Source: Deltaproteobacteria bacterium
GTDB lineage: Bacteria; UBA10199; JADGCS01
DNA length: 64,000 nucleotides
NCBI GenBank assembly: GCA_015228875.1
Contig: JADGCS010000006.1
Coordinates: 2,611-66,610 of the forward strand
Direction: 5' to 3'
A model generated the notes under the pieces. It saw only the letters and a list, made by a program, of their open reading frames with translations, was not told the DNA's origin and did no database searches. Position numbers and translations under genes: made by a program. Below, piece by piece: positions 18,858-30,325 of the stretch; within the stretch, counting starts at the first letter, position 1; each line of letters begins with the position of its first letter.

Positions 18858-20693
18858 CTACTCATTGCCGTATTTATCCACAAACACCTCAAGTTCGGTT
18901 TCGTATTTTGTGGTTGCCAGATCAAGAACGCTGTAGAGTTCATCAATCTCTCGTTTGATGACTGCCAGACTTTTAGAGAGGGCAATTGTTTCGTTGATGT
19001 CCTGCTGTTCGGAGGCTGCAATAAGCCTGTGTTTGATGTCTTCGATTTTTTTTTCTTTTTCGCGGATTTGATTTTCTGTCTGTTCCATTTTTTTCTTTAA
19101 AGGTCCGAGTACCCGCGACCGCTCTGCCGTTATTTCTGCGCGTTTCTGGCGTTTTTCCTTTTTTGATGTTTTTTCATCGGAAGTGTTTTGCCCCTCTGGG
19201 GGCGCGTCTTCCCAGCCAACGCGTCTTAAAAAATCGTCGTAATCACCCTCAAAGTTAATGGTCTCACCATTTTTAAAAATAATCAATCTTGTGGCAAAGC
19301 GGCGCAGGATCATTTCGCTGTGAGTGACAAGGATGACTGCCCCGTCAAAGTTGTCAAAGCCGTCAAGAAGGCCTTCTATTGATTCCTGATCGAGGTGGTT
19401 TGTCGGCTCATCCAACAGGAGCAGGTTGACCTCACGTGCGAGTATTTTGCCAAGCAGCACGCGGCTTCTTTCGCCGCCCGAGAGTACGCCGATTTTTTTT
19501 TCTGCGAGGGCCTGGTCAAAGAGCATGAGCCCGCAGATGGATTTGACCTGACGGCGGGTGAGGGTACTGCTTTCCATGGCTATTTCTGTTTCGATGGTGT
19601 TTTCGTGATGCAGGCGCTCGATATTCATTTGTCCAAAAAAACCCTTCTCTGTCTGCGGGTGGCATGAGCTTTTGCCGGTCAACGGTTTGAGTTCGCCCGC
19701 CATGAGGTTGAGCAGTGTGGATTTGCCGGCGCCATTTTTTCCGACGATCGCGATGCGGTCACCCTGTCTGATAAAAAGATTAAACCCCTTGATCAAAGGC
19801 TCGTTCATTTTATGATAGGCAAAGGAGTAGTTTTCGTACTGCGCCAATATTTTTGCAGGGCAGTGTTTGTAGTTGAACTTAAACGCCAGGGTGTCCTCGT
19901 TTTTGAGTGCAGCCATTTCTTTAAGTTTGGAGAGCTTTTTAAGTTTGGACTGCGCCTGCGTGGCCCTGCGCGCAGAGGCCCTGAAACGGTCAATGTAGGT
20001 CTGCATGTGTCTGATCGCGTGACCCTGCTTGACCCTCGATTTTTCGTAGAGTTCTTCTTCGGCAATAAGCTGCTGATAATATTTAAACGTGTCTCCTTTT
20101 ATTTTTTTAATTTTTTTTCTGTGAATCCCCATGGTGGCGTTGGTCACCTCGTCCATAAAACCGCGGTCGTGAGTGATGATGATAAATTCGCCGGAGAATG
20201 AATTTAAAAAAGACTTGAGCCAGCGGATGCTCACGATGTCCAGATAGTTTGTGGGTTCATCCAGAAGCAGAAGATCGGGTGACTGAATGAGCAGTTTTGC
20301 GAGAGTGATGCGCATCTGAAAACCGCCCGAAAAACTCTCTGGGGCGCTGGCAAAGTCCATTTCGCTAAATCCGAGGCCCATCAAGATTTTTTCAACATGG
20401 TATATTTGATCTTTTTCTTCTGCTTTAAGGGCTTGACTACATTCATCGAGCAGGTTCTTTTTTGAAAATTGAATGTATTGTTTGAGAGTGCCGATGATGT
20501 AATTTGACGGGATAATGATTTCGCCGCTGTCTGCCTCTTCTTCTTTGGTGATCAGTTTAAAGAGGGTGCTCTTGCCAAAACCGTTTCTGCCGACAAGACC
20601 GACCTTCTCTCCCTTGTCAAGAGTGAATGTGACATCATCAAACAGAAGCTGCGTGCCGTATGATTTTTTTAAACGTGAGACCTGTATCATCAC
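18858..20693 (-). CDS. ABC-F family ATP-binding protein
   Basis: Two ABC cassettes (GRNGFGKST/FSGG/LLDEPTN and GKNGAGKST/LSGGE), no TM segments, C-terminal coiled coil. Confidence 0.93.
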   Translation of the reverse strand: MMIQVSRLKKSYGTQLLFDDVTFTLDKGEKVGLVGRNGFGKSTLFKLITKEEEADSGEIIIPSNYIIGTLKQYIQFSKKNLLDECSQALKAEEKDQIYHVEKILMGLGFSEMDFASAPESFSGGFQMRITLAKLLIQSPDLLLLDEPTNYLDIVSIRWLKSFLNSFSGEFIIITHDRGFMDEVTNATMGIHRKKIKKIKGDTFKYYQQLIAEEELYEKSRVKQGHAIRHMQTYIDRFRASARRATQAQSKLKKLSKLKEMAALKNEDTLAFKFNYKHCPAKILAQYENYSFAYHKMNEPLIKGFNLFIRQGDRIAIVGKNGAGKSTLLNLMAGELKPLTGKSSCHPQTEKGFFGQMNIERLHHENTIETEIAMESSTLTRRQVKSICGLMLFDQALAEKKIGVLSGGERSRVLLGKILAREVNLLLLDEPTNHLDQESIEGLLDGFDNFDGAVILVTHSEMILRRFATRLIIFKNGETINFEGDYDDFLRRVGWEDAPPEGQNTSDEKTSKKEKRQKRAEITAERSRVLGPLKKKMEQTENQIREKEKKIEDIKHRLIAASEQQDINETIALSKSLAVIKREIDELYSVLDLATTKYETELEVFVDKYGNE

Positions 20694-20706
20694 AAGTTAC
20701 TAACTT
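20692..20706 (-). repeat. Terminal palindrome fragment of repeat A next to a family C element
   Basis: acaagttactaactt is identical to the end of the minus-strand A copy at 40791. Confidence 0.6.
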
Positions 20707-20711
20707 AACTG

Positions 20712-20865
20712 AGTGTCTGTCGGGAAAGCCCCTGTTTCGCAGGAGTCCTTAAAAATCATGTCCCGTGGAAAAATATACGGACATGATTTTTAAGGGTTTG
20801 AAATATTTTGCAAGCGGCAAAATTTTCAAACTTCCGGAGAAACAGGGGCTTTCCCGATAGACACT
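20712..20865 (-). mobile_element. Family C MITE-like element (inverted relative to the copies at 38893 and 44261)
   Basis: 27-bp TIRs agtgtctgtcgggaaagcccctgtttc / gaaacaggggctttcccgatagacact and two internal hairpins. Confidence 0.85.
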
Positions 20866-20871
20866 ATTTAC

Positions 20872-22305
<1,434 letters not shown>

Positions 22306-22426
22306 CTAAGGTAAAGGTCGTTATTCTGTACAAAGCGATAATCTGGCAACGAATAATCAATCAGATTCTTGTGTGTCAACTAAGTTAAATGGGCTATGAT
22401 GATCTTATTGTCGCGGAGGGGGCATC

Positions 22427-23242
22427 CTACACCAACAGCGAGATCTTTGCCTTTTCTACTTCGAGGATTTTTTTGAGTACCATGATGCCGGCCTTTTGTT
22501 TGATTTGATTTTGCACCATGAGAGAGGCACCCTGGCTGTAGTCCAGGTCTTCAATCACTGATCTTGCAGCGGTGATGTTTTCGAGGGACGTCTGGTTTGC
22601 TGCTTCTATATTGTCTACCCTGTTCATGTTGGAGCCGACACTCGCCATGGCGTTTGTGACCTCACCTATGGCGTTATCGATGGCTGTGAGGGCAGATCCT
22701 GCGCCGGCCTGTGTGCTTAAATCAATACTGTCAATGCCGAGTGAAGAGGTGCGCACATCATTCAGACTGATATTAACGGTGTCCCCTTCGTTGGGGCCGA
22801 TCTGGATTGACTTGTTAACATAAGCGCCATTGAGGAGTGTCTCACCGTTAAAATTGACCCCGTTGGCGAGTTGATCCATGGAAGACATCAGATCACCCGC
22901 TTGTGTAGACAATGCGGCCCTCGCACCCGAGGAGATGGTCCCATCGGCCGCCTGCACAGCGGTGGCCCTGAGGTCCTGCAGGGTGGTCATCATCTGTGTG
23001 AGCCCGCCGTTTGCGGTGTTAAGTACTCCGTTGACAGAACTGATATTGCTGTTTGCCACGCCGTAGCCGTTGATGCTCGCCGTGAACTCACCGATGCGTG
23101 ACAAAAGCACGGGACTGTCACGTCCTGTATTGACGGCCTTTCCCGATGAAAACTTGTTGTAGAGATCCGAGATGTTGTAGCTGATGCGCGACAGGCTGCC
23201 CAGTGTGGATAAAAAACCGCTTGAAGTATTAAAGCTCACCAT
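22427..23242 (-). CDS. flagellin-like protein (short, isolated from other flagellar genes)
   Basis: SSGKAVN, FNGETLLNG, IQIGPN and ENITAARSVIEDLDY. The ORF extension to 23332 runs into repeat A. Confidence 0.85.
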   Translation of the reverse strand: MVSFNTSSGFLSTLGSLSRISYNISDLYNKFSSGKAVNTGRDSPVLLSRIGEFTASINGYGVANSNISSVNGVLNTANGGLTQMMTTLQDLRATAVQAADGTISSGARAALSTQAGDLMSSMDQLANGVNFNGETLLNGAYVNKSIQIGPNEGDTVNISLNDVRTSSLGIDSIDLSTQAGAGSALTAIDNAIGEVTNAMASVGSNMNRVDNIEAANQTSLENITAARSVIEDLDYSQGASLMVQNQIKQKAGIMVLKKILEVEKAKISLLV

Positions 23243-23270
23243 AGATCCCCCCCGTGCAGGCGCCCCTTGA

Positions 23271-23386
23271 TGTATAGGCATTTCAAAGTCGACAGGGCGC
23301 GGGTGCATTCCTCGCAGAATGGAGAAATTCAATCGCGTACCCCAAGGGCATTTCCTTCGGGCATCAAAGTCAAGTTAGTAACTTGT
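23271..23386 (+). repeat. Repeat family A, expanded copy (26-bp hairpin insert shared with the 6283 copy)
   Basis: A core plus cccaagggcatttccttcgggca. Confidence 0.93.
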
Positions 23387-23432
23387 CTGCAGGTCTTTCT
23401 ATTGTAGCATAAACAGGGGCATTGGCAAGGGG

Positions 23433-23521
23433 TAGAACCTTGGAAGGTTTTTTTTACGCGTTTCGGCATCAATTTTTGCATGGTGTCCGCCCGCGTAGTA
23501 TTTTCAGCTTTATGCGGGTTA
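23433..23521 (+). repeat. Repeat family B copy
   Basis: Full 87-bp TA-to-TA unit. Confidence 0.95.
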
Positions 23522-23553
23522 TGTGATTGTGACAGCACGGTTGTTGTGAGTTG

Positions 23554-24888
23554 TTAACCAATGTCAATTAATTCCGCCAACCCGACACCTTTTTCGTTGA
23601 TCCCGATCAGTCTCACAGACCGGATTTGTTTTCTGATGTCGGTTTTTGAATCCACAAGGACCTGAATGTAATTTGTGCTGTAGCCTGAGTACTGATCTTT
23701 CTTTCGCTGATCGAAGAGGACATGAAGAAGGGAGCCCATGTGTTTTTTTAAATAGCCAAGTTTATGCATGCGGCCTGTCTCGATGAGTGTCTGACTGCGT
23801 TTTTTTGCTGTTGCCGGATCAACCCTGTCTTTTAAGGAACTGGAGGCCGTGCTGTCCCTTTTACTGTAGCGGAACACATGCAGATAAGTAAAGGGTGCAC
23901 TGTGCACAAAATTGAGAGTGGTCTCAAAATCATGATCGGTCTCGCCGGGGAATCCCACAATGATGTCGGTCCCGAGGGCAGAACCGGGAAGGATGTCGAC
24001 GATCTGATCCAGCAGGCGCTGATAGTCTTCAATCAAGTACTTGCGGTTCATTGCCCTGAGCTGCTTGTTACACGCACTTTGCAGGGGGACATGCAGGTGA
24101 CGGCAGATCACTGTTGAATCGCGCATGAGTTTTAACAGATCGGTGGTGATGGTGTTAGGTTCAAGAGAGCTGATGCGGATGCGCTTGAGCCCGTTGATAC
24201 TTTGCATGGCATCCAGCAGATCAGTGAGCGCAAGGGGCTTGTGCTCGTTAAAACTATATGTCCCGATGTTGACCCCTGTGAGGACGATTTCCTGATACCC
24301 CTGAGAGGCGAGTTTTTTTGCCTCTGCAAGGGTGTCTTTAAACGAACGGCTGCGCGGAAGGCCGCGTGCGAAAGGGACAATGCAGTACGAGCAGAAATAA
24401 TCACAGCCCTCCTGTATTTTTAAAAAGGCACGCGTGCGTGATGTGGTGGCTATAAACCCCTGATTGGTGTCATTGTTGCAGGCGACATCGTTGTTCACGC
24501 GCACTAGGGGGGTGTTGGGCTTGGTGTTTTCGAGGTGGTCGAGATAGTCAAAGATGCTGTATTTTTCGTTGTTGCCGAGAATGAGATCCACGCCTGGTAT
24601 TTTTTCGATGGCGGCGGGACTTATCTGTGCGTAACAGCCGGTCACCACAATCCTTGCTTGGGGTGCATGGCGCCGGGCCAGCCTGATCACGGCACGGCTG
24701 TCCGCATCGGCGGCGTTTGTGACGGTGCAGGTGTTGATGATCGTGAGGTCGACGTCTTCACCAAAGGGTTTTACGGAGTAACCATTTTCGGCAAACTTAT
24801 TCTGGATGGCGTCGGTTTCGGATTGGTTGAGTTTACAGCCAACGGTGGTAAGGCTCACTGTTCTTATTTTGCGGGGTGTCTTGTTCAT
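23554..24888 (-). CDS. mtaB: tRNA t6A37 methylthiotransferase
   Basis: TVGCKLNQSET, INTCTVT, KIQEGCDYFCSYC, RISSLEP and a TRAM-like tail. Confidence 0.9.
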   Translation of the reverse strand: MNKTPRKIRTVSLTTVGCKLNQSETDAIQNKFAENGYSVKPFGEDVDLTIINTCTVTNAADADSRAVIRLARRHAPQARIVVTGCYAQISPAAIEKIPGVDLILGNNEKYSIFDYLDHLENTKPNTPLVRVNNDVACNNDTNQGFIATTSRTRAFLKIQEGCDYFCSYCIVPFARGLPRSRSFKDTLAEAKKLASQGYQEIVLTGVNIGTYSFNEHKPLALTDLLDAMQSINGLKRIRISSLEPNTITTDLLKLMRDSTVICRHLHVPLQSACNKQLRAMNRKYLIEDYQRLLDQIVDILPGSALGTDIIVGFPGETDHDFETTLNFVHSAPFTYLHVFRYSKRDSTASSSLKDRVDPATAKKRSQTLIETGRMHKLGYLKKHMGSLLHVLFDQRKKDQYSGYSTNYIQVLVDSKTDIRKQIRSVRLIGINEKGVGLAELIDIG

Positions 24889-24906
24889 GTATTGGCCCTG
24901 TCGAGG

Positions 24907-25884
24907 CTAAATCCACCCTGCTGCCTTGTATCCCGCGGCTGTTTCCTTAAGGGCCTGTGCGAGGGCAATGTGGGGGACCCAGTTAAAATCAGACTGCAGT
25001 TTTTGACTGGAACAGAGCCACGTTTTTTGCTGAAGCTGCTGATAATATTTTTTATCAAGGACAATGGGGACCGGCAAAATATTTGAGAGCAGGGTATTGG
25101 CCTTCATGGCGAGATACAGCAGGGGCATGGGGACAGGAACCAGTTTAATCTTTGTACCCAGTGATTGTGCCACCTCGTTCCACAGGGCATGCACATCGGT
25201 GGGTTCGTTGTGCGAGACAAAATAAAGCCTGTGATCCGTGGAGGAATCCTGTGTGAGTTTTATAATGACATCAACCAGATCGGAGAGGGCAATAAAACTG
25301 ATGTGCTGGTTTTGGTTTTGGGGGACAAAACCAAACCCTCTTTTTGCCATTTTGTAAAGATTGAGAATATTGGTGTCCAAGGGGCCCACAACAGTGCAGG
25401 GCCTGAATACGGTGACGGGGATGTCTTTTTGTGACAGCAAAAATTTTTCTGCATTGAATTTTGAAAGGCCGTAGGCGTCAACGGGGGAGGCTTTGTCTGA
25501 TTCTGTCAGGGGCTGATCTGTTATTGCCGGCCCGGCGGCGGCTTGTGAACTGCAGAACAGGATGCGTTGCGGTTGCCATTTTTGATTTTTTAAAAAACTG
25601 TAAAGATTAACAGTGCTGAAAAAATTTGTTTTTTCGTAATCAGACTGTTTTTTTGCGGTGACAATGCCTGCCAGATGGATGATCTGATCGCAGTGGGGGA
25701 TTTTAAACGCAGGGTCTTTAAAAGAGTCGAGGTCACCATAAATGATTTCGAGGCGGTCATGCTTAAGTGACGCGGCCTTTTTGTGTGATCTGACGAGTGC
25801 GGCAACCTCATGGCCGTGTTTAATAAGATCACGGCAGAGATGCTGTCCAATAAAACCGGTAGCCCCGGTGATAAAAAACTTCAT
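24907..25884 (-). CDS. NAD-dependent epimerase/dehydratase (extended SDR)
   Basis: TGATGFIG, HLAG and YGLSK. Confidence 0.9.
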   Translation of the reverse strand: MKFFITGATGFIGQHLCRDLIKHGHEVAALVRSHKKAASLKHDRLEIIYGDLDSFKDPAFKIPHCDQIIHLAGIVTAKKQSDYEKTNFFSTVNLYSFLKNQKWQPQRILFCSSQAAAGPAITDQPLTESDKASPVDAYGLSKFNAEKFLLSQKDIPVTVFRPCTVVGPLDTNILNLYKMAKRGFGFVPQNQNQHISFIALSDLVDVIIKLTQDSSTDHRLYFVSHNEPTDVHALWNEVAQSLGTKIKLVPVPMPLLYLAMKANTLLSNILPVPIVLDKKYYQQLQQKTWLCSSQKLQSDFNWVPHIALAQALKETAAGYKAAGWI

Positions 25885-25973
25885 GGCACCTTTTTTACGG
25901 GATCAGGGGGCGTTGAGGCAAGGGGAATAAAAAGGGTGAGTGTGGATCAATGCAAAGACCGCACACCCACAGA

Positions 25974-27365
25974 CTACACAAGCTCTTTTAACATTTCCTG
26001 CAGACGGCTGCTTAAATAGTGCGGGATTGTGATCAACGGGACCCTTCTGGACAAAGAAGATGCGGGGATGCTGGCTATAAAATGGTGATTAACTGAGGGG
26101 CGTTCCTTGCTGATCTTGACCATGTATTCGAGGTCTTTTTCGAAAACGGCACAGCTTTCGAGTGATTTAGAATCCCCGCGAGTGCTCTTGACATCTATGG
26201 CTGTAAAAAACGGTGATTTAAGGACATACTCCACCTGTGCCCCCCGTTTTGATTTCCAGTAAAAGATATCATCACGCGTGGAGAGCCCGGCAATGATTTC
26301 GTTCCCAACTGCGGTTTCGTATTGAATTGCGGCGTTAAGTTCGGACATTCGTGTCTGCATGATATCGGAGCCGTTTAAAAGATAATTGAGCACACCCGCA
26401 TCGAAAATGATATATTTTGAGAGATCTGTAGCAGACTCAAACAGCCTGATTTTGTGGGCAACACGGGCCCCGACCGTTTTTCCCACGAGTCGCTTTGCCT
26501 CGTTTCTCTTGATGTGTTGGACCTGTAATTTTGAGAACTTGAGTGTCTCCATTGAAAGCAGGGCGAGCCTGCGCAGGACATCCTCGTATTCGTAGAGCGA
26601 TGCTTTTTCTTCAAGCACCGATTTGACATTTTCTTCTATTGTCGTGACGATATTGGATATCAACTGTGGCAGAGGTTGCTCGCCGTCTTTTTTGTCGAGG
26701 TAATTGTCAACGATTCTTGGCATTCCGCCGAGTCGCATGTAGATGCCAAACAAACGGTTTAATTCGTTGTGGAGCATCTCCGAGAATTTTTTGTCCTTCA
26801 GGGATATTTGATTGAGATATCGAATCTCCACTTCTTTGGAATGCGCTCTTAAGAACTCAAGGAAGGTGAGTGGGTAGAGATCAAAATATCTCTTTCTGCC
26901 GGTGGCGGCGTTGTCGACTTTGAGGTTCTCCAGATTTGAACCGGTATAGATGACCTTAAGTTTGTTTGAAAGTCCGGCAAGGTCCTGGATCAATTCGAGA
27001 GAGGGCGCATACTTGTCTGCTTCATCGATAAAAACGATGACTGCCTTTTTTACACCGGCTAAGTCGCCGGTCACGAAAGATATGTTTTGTAAGAAAGGCT
27101 GGACCCCTTTTAAGCAATTTCCAAAAAGATCTCTGCCAAAATACTCGATCCCGTCTATATGTGTCTTCGTGGGCGAAGAGAGATTTGTCCTGATCTGGGG
27201 ATACGCGCTCATTTCTGCAAGGCAGTTGTTGATAAAAGCGGTCTTTCCCACCTGCCTCGCCCCTCTTAAGATGAGGACTTGCGACCTTAAAGACGTAACA
27301 GATTGAATAAATTCAGCTTTTTTATTGATTCGTTCTATCCACACACAGATATTTTTACATAACAC
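25974..27365 (-). CDS. AAA_14 + DUF4143-type ATPase
   Basis: LRGARQVGKT, FIDE, TGS, LYPLTFLEFL, GGMP and C-terminal FYWK...IDVKS. Confidence 0.8.
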   Translation of the reverse strand: MLCKNICVWIERINKKAEFIQSVTSLRSQVLILRGARQVGKTAFINNCLAEMSAYPQIRTNLSSPTKTHIDGIEYFGRDLFGNCLKGVQPFLQNISFVTGDLAGVKKAVIVFIDEADKYAPSLELIQDLAGLSNKLKVIYTGSNLENLKVDNAATGRKRYFDLYPLTFLEFLRAHSKEVEIRYLNQISLKDKKFSEMLHNELNRLFGIYMRLGGMPRIVDNYLDKKDGEQPLPQLISNIVTTIEENVKSVLEEKASLYEYEDVLRRLALLSMETLKFSKLQVQHIKRNEAKRLVGKTVGARVAHKIRLFESATDLSKYIIFDAGVLNYLLNGSDIMQTRMSELNAAIQYETAVGNEIIAGLSTRDDIFYWKSKRGAQVEYVLKSPFFTAIDVKSTRGDSKSLESCAVFEKDLEYMVKISKERPSVNHHFIASIPASSLSRRVPLITIPHYLSSRLQEMLKELV

Positions 27366-27416
27366 ACGTCATAAATCAACGTAATTGTGCAAAAACTGAC
27401 GTCAGTTTTAATTTAA

Positions 27417-27506
27417 TGCATAGGAATTTCAAAGTCGACAGAGCGCGGGTGCATATCTCGCAAGATGGAGGCATTCAACCGCGTCATAGTCAAGTTAGTA
27501 ACTTGT
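27417..27506 (+). repeat. Repeat family A copy
   Basis: Full 87-bp unit. Confidence 0.95.
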
Positions 27507-27568
27507 TGCATACATCGACAGCCTCTATGGTGTGGGGTGGTTGAGTTTTTTTGCATAAGAGTGATTCT

Positions 27569-29356
27569 TCAGCGGTCGTCCTTTATTATTTTTAATGCTT
27601 CCCTGGCAAGTTGATTATCGGGATCAATTTTTAAGACCCTGTTAAAGAGGGCTTGTGATGCGGCGTGTTTGTTTTCGTTGTGCCTTATGAGGCCCAGTCT
27701 GTTGAGGGCGTTGACGTGCGAGGGGGTCATGACCAGTGCTGCCTCAAGATAGGCTGCGGCCCCCGTTGTGTTTTGATCGGCAATCATTGATTCTGCAAGC
27801 CCAAAGAGGACATCACTTTTTTTTCTGTTGAGCACTTGGGGATCTGCATTTTCTGTTTCAAGCATCAGGGCGTTAAAAAAATACTCTTTCGCCTCGTCGT
27901 ACTGTTTAAGGGCTTTTTTTGCGACGGCGAGGTTGTGGTGGACAAAAGGGTTGTAGGGCCTGAGGCGTATGGATTTTGAAAGGTACTGCACGGCTGCATG
28001 ATAATCTTTTCTTTTGACAAGCTCGGTCCCAAGGTAATCAGTGATCCTGTAACTGCCGGGGACCTGGGTGTATGACGCTGTCATTTTTTGTTCGGCATCA
28101 CTCCATAACTCGTATTCTGATGAGAATGTTTTAAGAAGTTGTCTGGATTCCAGTACACACACAACCGAGAGGAGTATGAGCGCCGTGTAAAGGATTTTTT
28201 TGTATCTGATGAAGGAAAGACAGGGCATTAAAAGAAACAGGCCGCTGGCCCAGAGGTAACTTCGGTAGAGGACAAAATTTTCGGTGTACCTGACCGCGGC
28301 AAACTCGGTGAAGAACATCACCCACGGGAAAAGTAAAGCGGCCGCAGGTATGATATGCCTCCTGATTACCAGGGTGACAACAATCAAAGGGTACAGACAA
28401 AAGGAGCCCAAGCCAAGGAGGTGGGGCCAAGATTTAAGGCCCTGCGGAAAAACACTCTGGCAGTCGATGGACAGCAGGCCGGGCAGGGGTATGATCCAGA
28501 GCAGCATGTATTTAAAAAAGAGCAGGGACTGATTGAGGATGCTTAAAGGGTAAAAATCTTTCAGTTGAAGCCCCTCCAGGCCTGTCGGGGCAAGGGTGTT
28601 CTGGTTGCCAAAGCTGGCCATGAGTTGTCCGTGTGGTTCGTAGAGGGAAAACAAAATCCCCCTGTTTCTCAGCGTCATTTCGGCGGCAATGAGAATAAAC
28701 ATCACAAAGGGGACAAAAACATCCCTTACAGACTGCCAGACTGATTTTTTATAAAAACACGTGATGACAAACAAAAAAAACGGCAGCATGATGACGTGTT
28801 CCTTGGCGTGGATTGCAAAAAAATAGAGGGCCGTTGCGAACATGGTAAACCAGAAACTTTTCTGCTGCAGGGCCTTAAGGTAGGTCAGGATTGTCAGTAG
28901 TGTGAAAAATGTTGCAAGCAGCATCGAGCGCTGAATAAGGTAGGCTGTAGTATAGACGGCGACAGGATGAACCGCAAAAAGCAGGGCTCCAAAAAAACAG
29001 AGAATCTGATGATCCTGACTGTGTGCGTTCGTGGGCTTTTTTTCAAATACCACCGCAAACCGGTTGATCATAAAAAAAACAAGGATGGCGTTTGAGGCGT
29101 GCACAAGGATGTTGATCAGTCGGTGAAAAAGAATATTTTCGCCACATATTTTATAGACAGCGTAGAAGCTGAGATGGCTGATCCATCGTTTGTCAAATAT
29201 GGTAAACTGGTTAAATAACTCTCTGTAAAAATGATGATCCAGAAGCAGCCGTGAATCATAGACCAGCGGGTTTTTAAGGGCGCCCGCGTAAAGGAGGGCC
29301 GTGATGATAAAAAGGGCAAGACAGGCGGTGAGTGTCTGTGTTTGCGTTGATTTCAT
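27569..29356 (-). CDS. TMTC-like multi-pass membrane glycosyltransferase with C-terminal TPRs
   Basis: About 11 TMs; HRLINILVHASN, FAVHPV, QRS, KE and YRSY motifs; TPR tail. Confidence 0.8.
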   Translation of the reverse strand: MKSTQTQTLTACLALFIITALLYAGALKNPLVYDSRLLLDHHFYRELFNQFTIFDKRWISHLSFYAVYKICGENILFHRLINILVHASNAILVFFMINRFAVVFEKKPTNAHSQDHQILCFFGALLFAVHPVAVYTTAYLIQRSMLLATFFTLLTILTYLKALQQKSFWFTMFATALYFFAIHAKEHVIMLPFFLFVITCFYKKSVWQSVRDVFVPFVMFILIAAEMTLRNRGILFSLYEPHGQLMASFGNQNTLAPTGLEGLQLKDFYPLSILNQSLLFFKYMLLWIIPLPGLLSIDCQSVFPQGLKSWPHLLGLGSFCLYPLIVVTLVIRRHIIPAAALLFPWVMFFTEFAAVRYTENFVLYRSYLWASGLFLLMPCLSFIRYKKILYTALILLSVVCVLESRQLLKTFSSEYELWSDAEQKMTASYTQVPGSYRITDYLGTELVKRKDYHAAVQYLSKSIRLRPYNPFVHHNLAVAKKALKQYDEAKEYFFNALMLETENADPQVLNRKKSDVLFGLAESMIADQNTTGAAAYLEAALVMTPSHVNALNRLGLIRHNENKHAASQALFNRVLKIDPDNQLAREALKIIKDDR

Positions 29357-29372
29357 CTGTTAAAATGCATTC

Positions 29373-29414
29373 TTGACTCTCCGAACCCAATTAAATCCCG
29401 TGTCTCCTGTTGCC
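29373..29414. repeat. Half copy of repeat family D
   Basis: ttgactctccgaacccaattaaatcccgtgtctcctgttgcc matches the right arm of the 16073 element. Confidence 0.85.
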
Positions 29415-29518
29415 TTGCGCAGTCCCACAGTCGCATTTGGGGTTCAGTTCATGTCTACACACGTCCTGCAGTTTGGATCAGTTGCGGAACTAAAGGTGCA
29501 GCCGCAGGTTTGCGAGGT

Positions 29519-30079
29519 TTATCTTTTCACACGCTCCTGGTAGGTTTTTTCCTCGATGTTGATGCGGATGACATCACCCACTTTTACAAACTGGGGGACT
29601 TGAATCGAGACGCCGTTTGAGAGCGTGGCGTTTTTATAAGAGGCACTTGCTGTGGCCCCTTTTATTTCGGGGTCGGCCTCAACGACCTGAAAGTCCATGG
29701 TGGTGGGGAGTCTGATCATGAGTGGTGTCTGGTCGTGAAACAGGACAGTGAATATATTTTCGGGTTGCAGATACACGGCAGCGTCACCGATCAGCTCTTT
29801 GGATAATTCGACCTGTTCGTAACTTTCGGTATCCATAAAACAAAACGCCTGCCCGTCAGCGTACAGGTACTGCATTTTTCGTTCGAAGACATCAACCTGT
29901 TCAAGTTTTTCTGTTGATGAGAACCTGAATTCCTTTTGCGTGCCGTCCATAATATTGCGCAGCTTGGCCTGCATAAAGGCCCTGAGGTTTCCGGGGGTGC
30001 GGTGTTCGCACGACATGCACATCCACAGAATATTGTCGATCTTGATGACGGTCCCTTTTCTGAGTTCGTTTCCTTGCAT
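29519..30079 (-). CDS. efp: elongation factor P
   Basis: ELRKG, HRTPGNLRAF loop, MQYLY, FMDTESYEQ and VPQFVKVGD. Confidence 0.95.
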   Translation of the reverse strand: MQGNELRKGTVIKIDNILWMCMSCEHRTPGNLRAFMQAKLRNIMDGTQKEFRFSSTEKLEQVDVFERKMQYLYADGQAFCFMDTESYEQVELSKELIGDAAVYLQPENIFTVLFHDQTPLMIRLPTTMDFQVVEADPEIKGATASASYKNATLSNGVSIQVPQFVKVGDVIRINIEEKTYQERVKR

Positions 30080-30126
30080 AAAGCCTCTCTGGTTAATTTT
30101 GCCTTCGCAGTCAAAGCACAGTGGGT

Positions 30127-30233
30127 GGCAGGAGATGCTGGATTTAATTGAGTTCTACGCGACTTCCCGTGCGTCACTTGTTTGTTGCGCAACTCTGACT
30201 CTCCGAACTTAATTAAATCCAGCCTCTCCTGCC
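30127..30233. repeat. Repeat family D copy
   Basis: Stem ggcaggagatgctggatttaattgagttc / gaacttaattaaatccagcctctcctgcc with conserved loop segments tacgcgacttcccgtgc...tgactctcc. Confidence 0.9.
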
Positions 30234-30325
30234 TGTTTATCGTGTCGCCGTTTTTTGGTTAATGGTTATCGCACAATAATAACGGCGGCCCTGCCTCATG
30301 GAACAGTTGAGAAAAAAATTCAACC

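Noticed and set aside
23243-23332. N-terminal extension of flagellin into repeat A
   Set aside because: Flagellin homology begins at ATG 23242.
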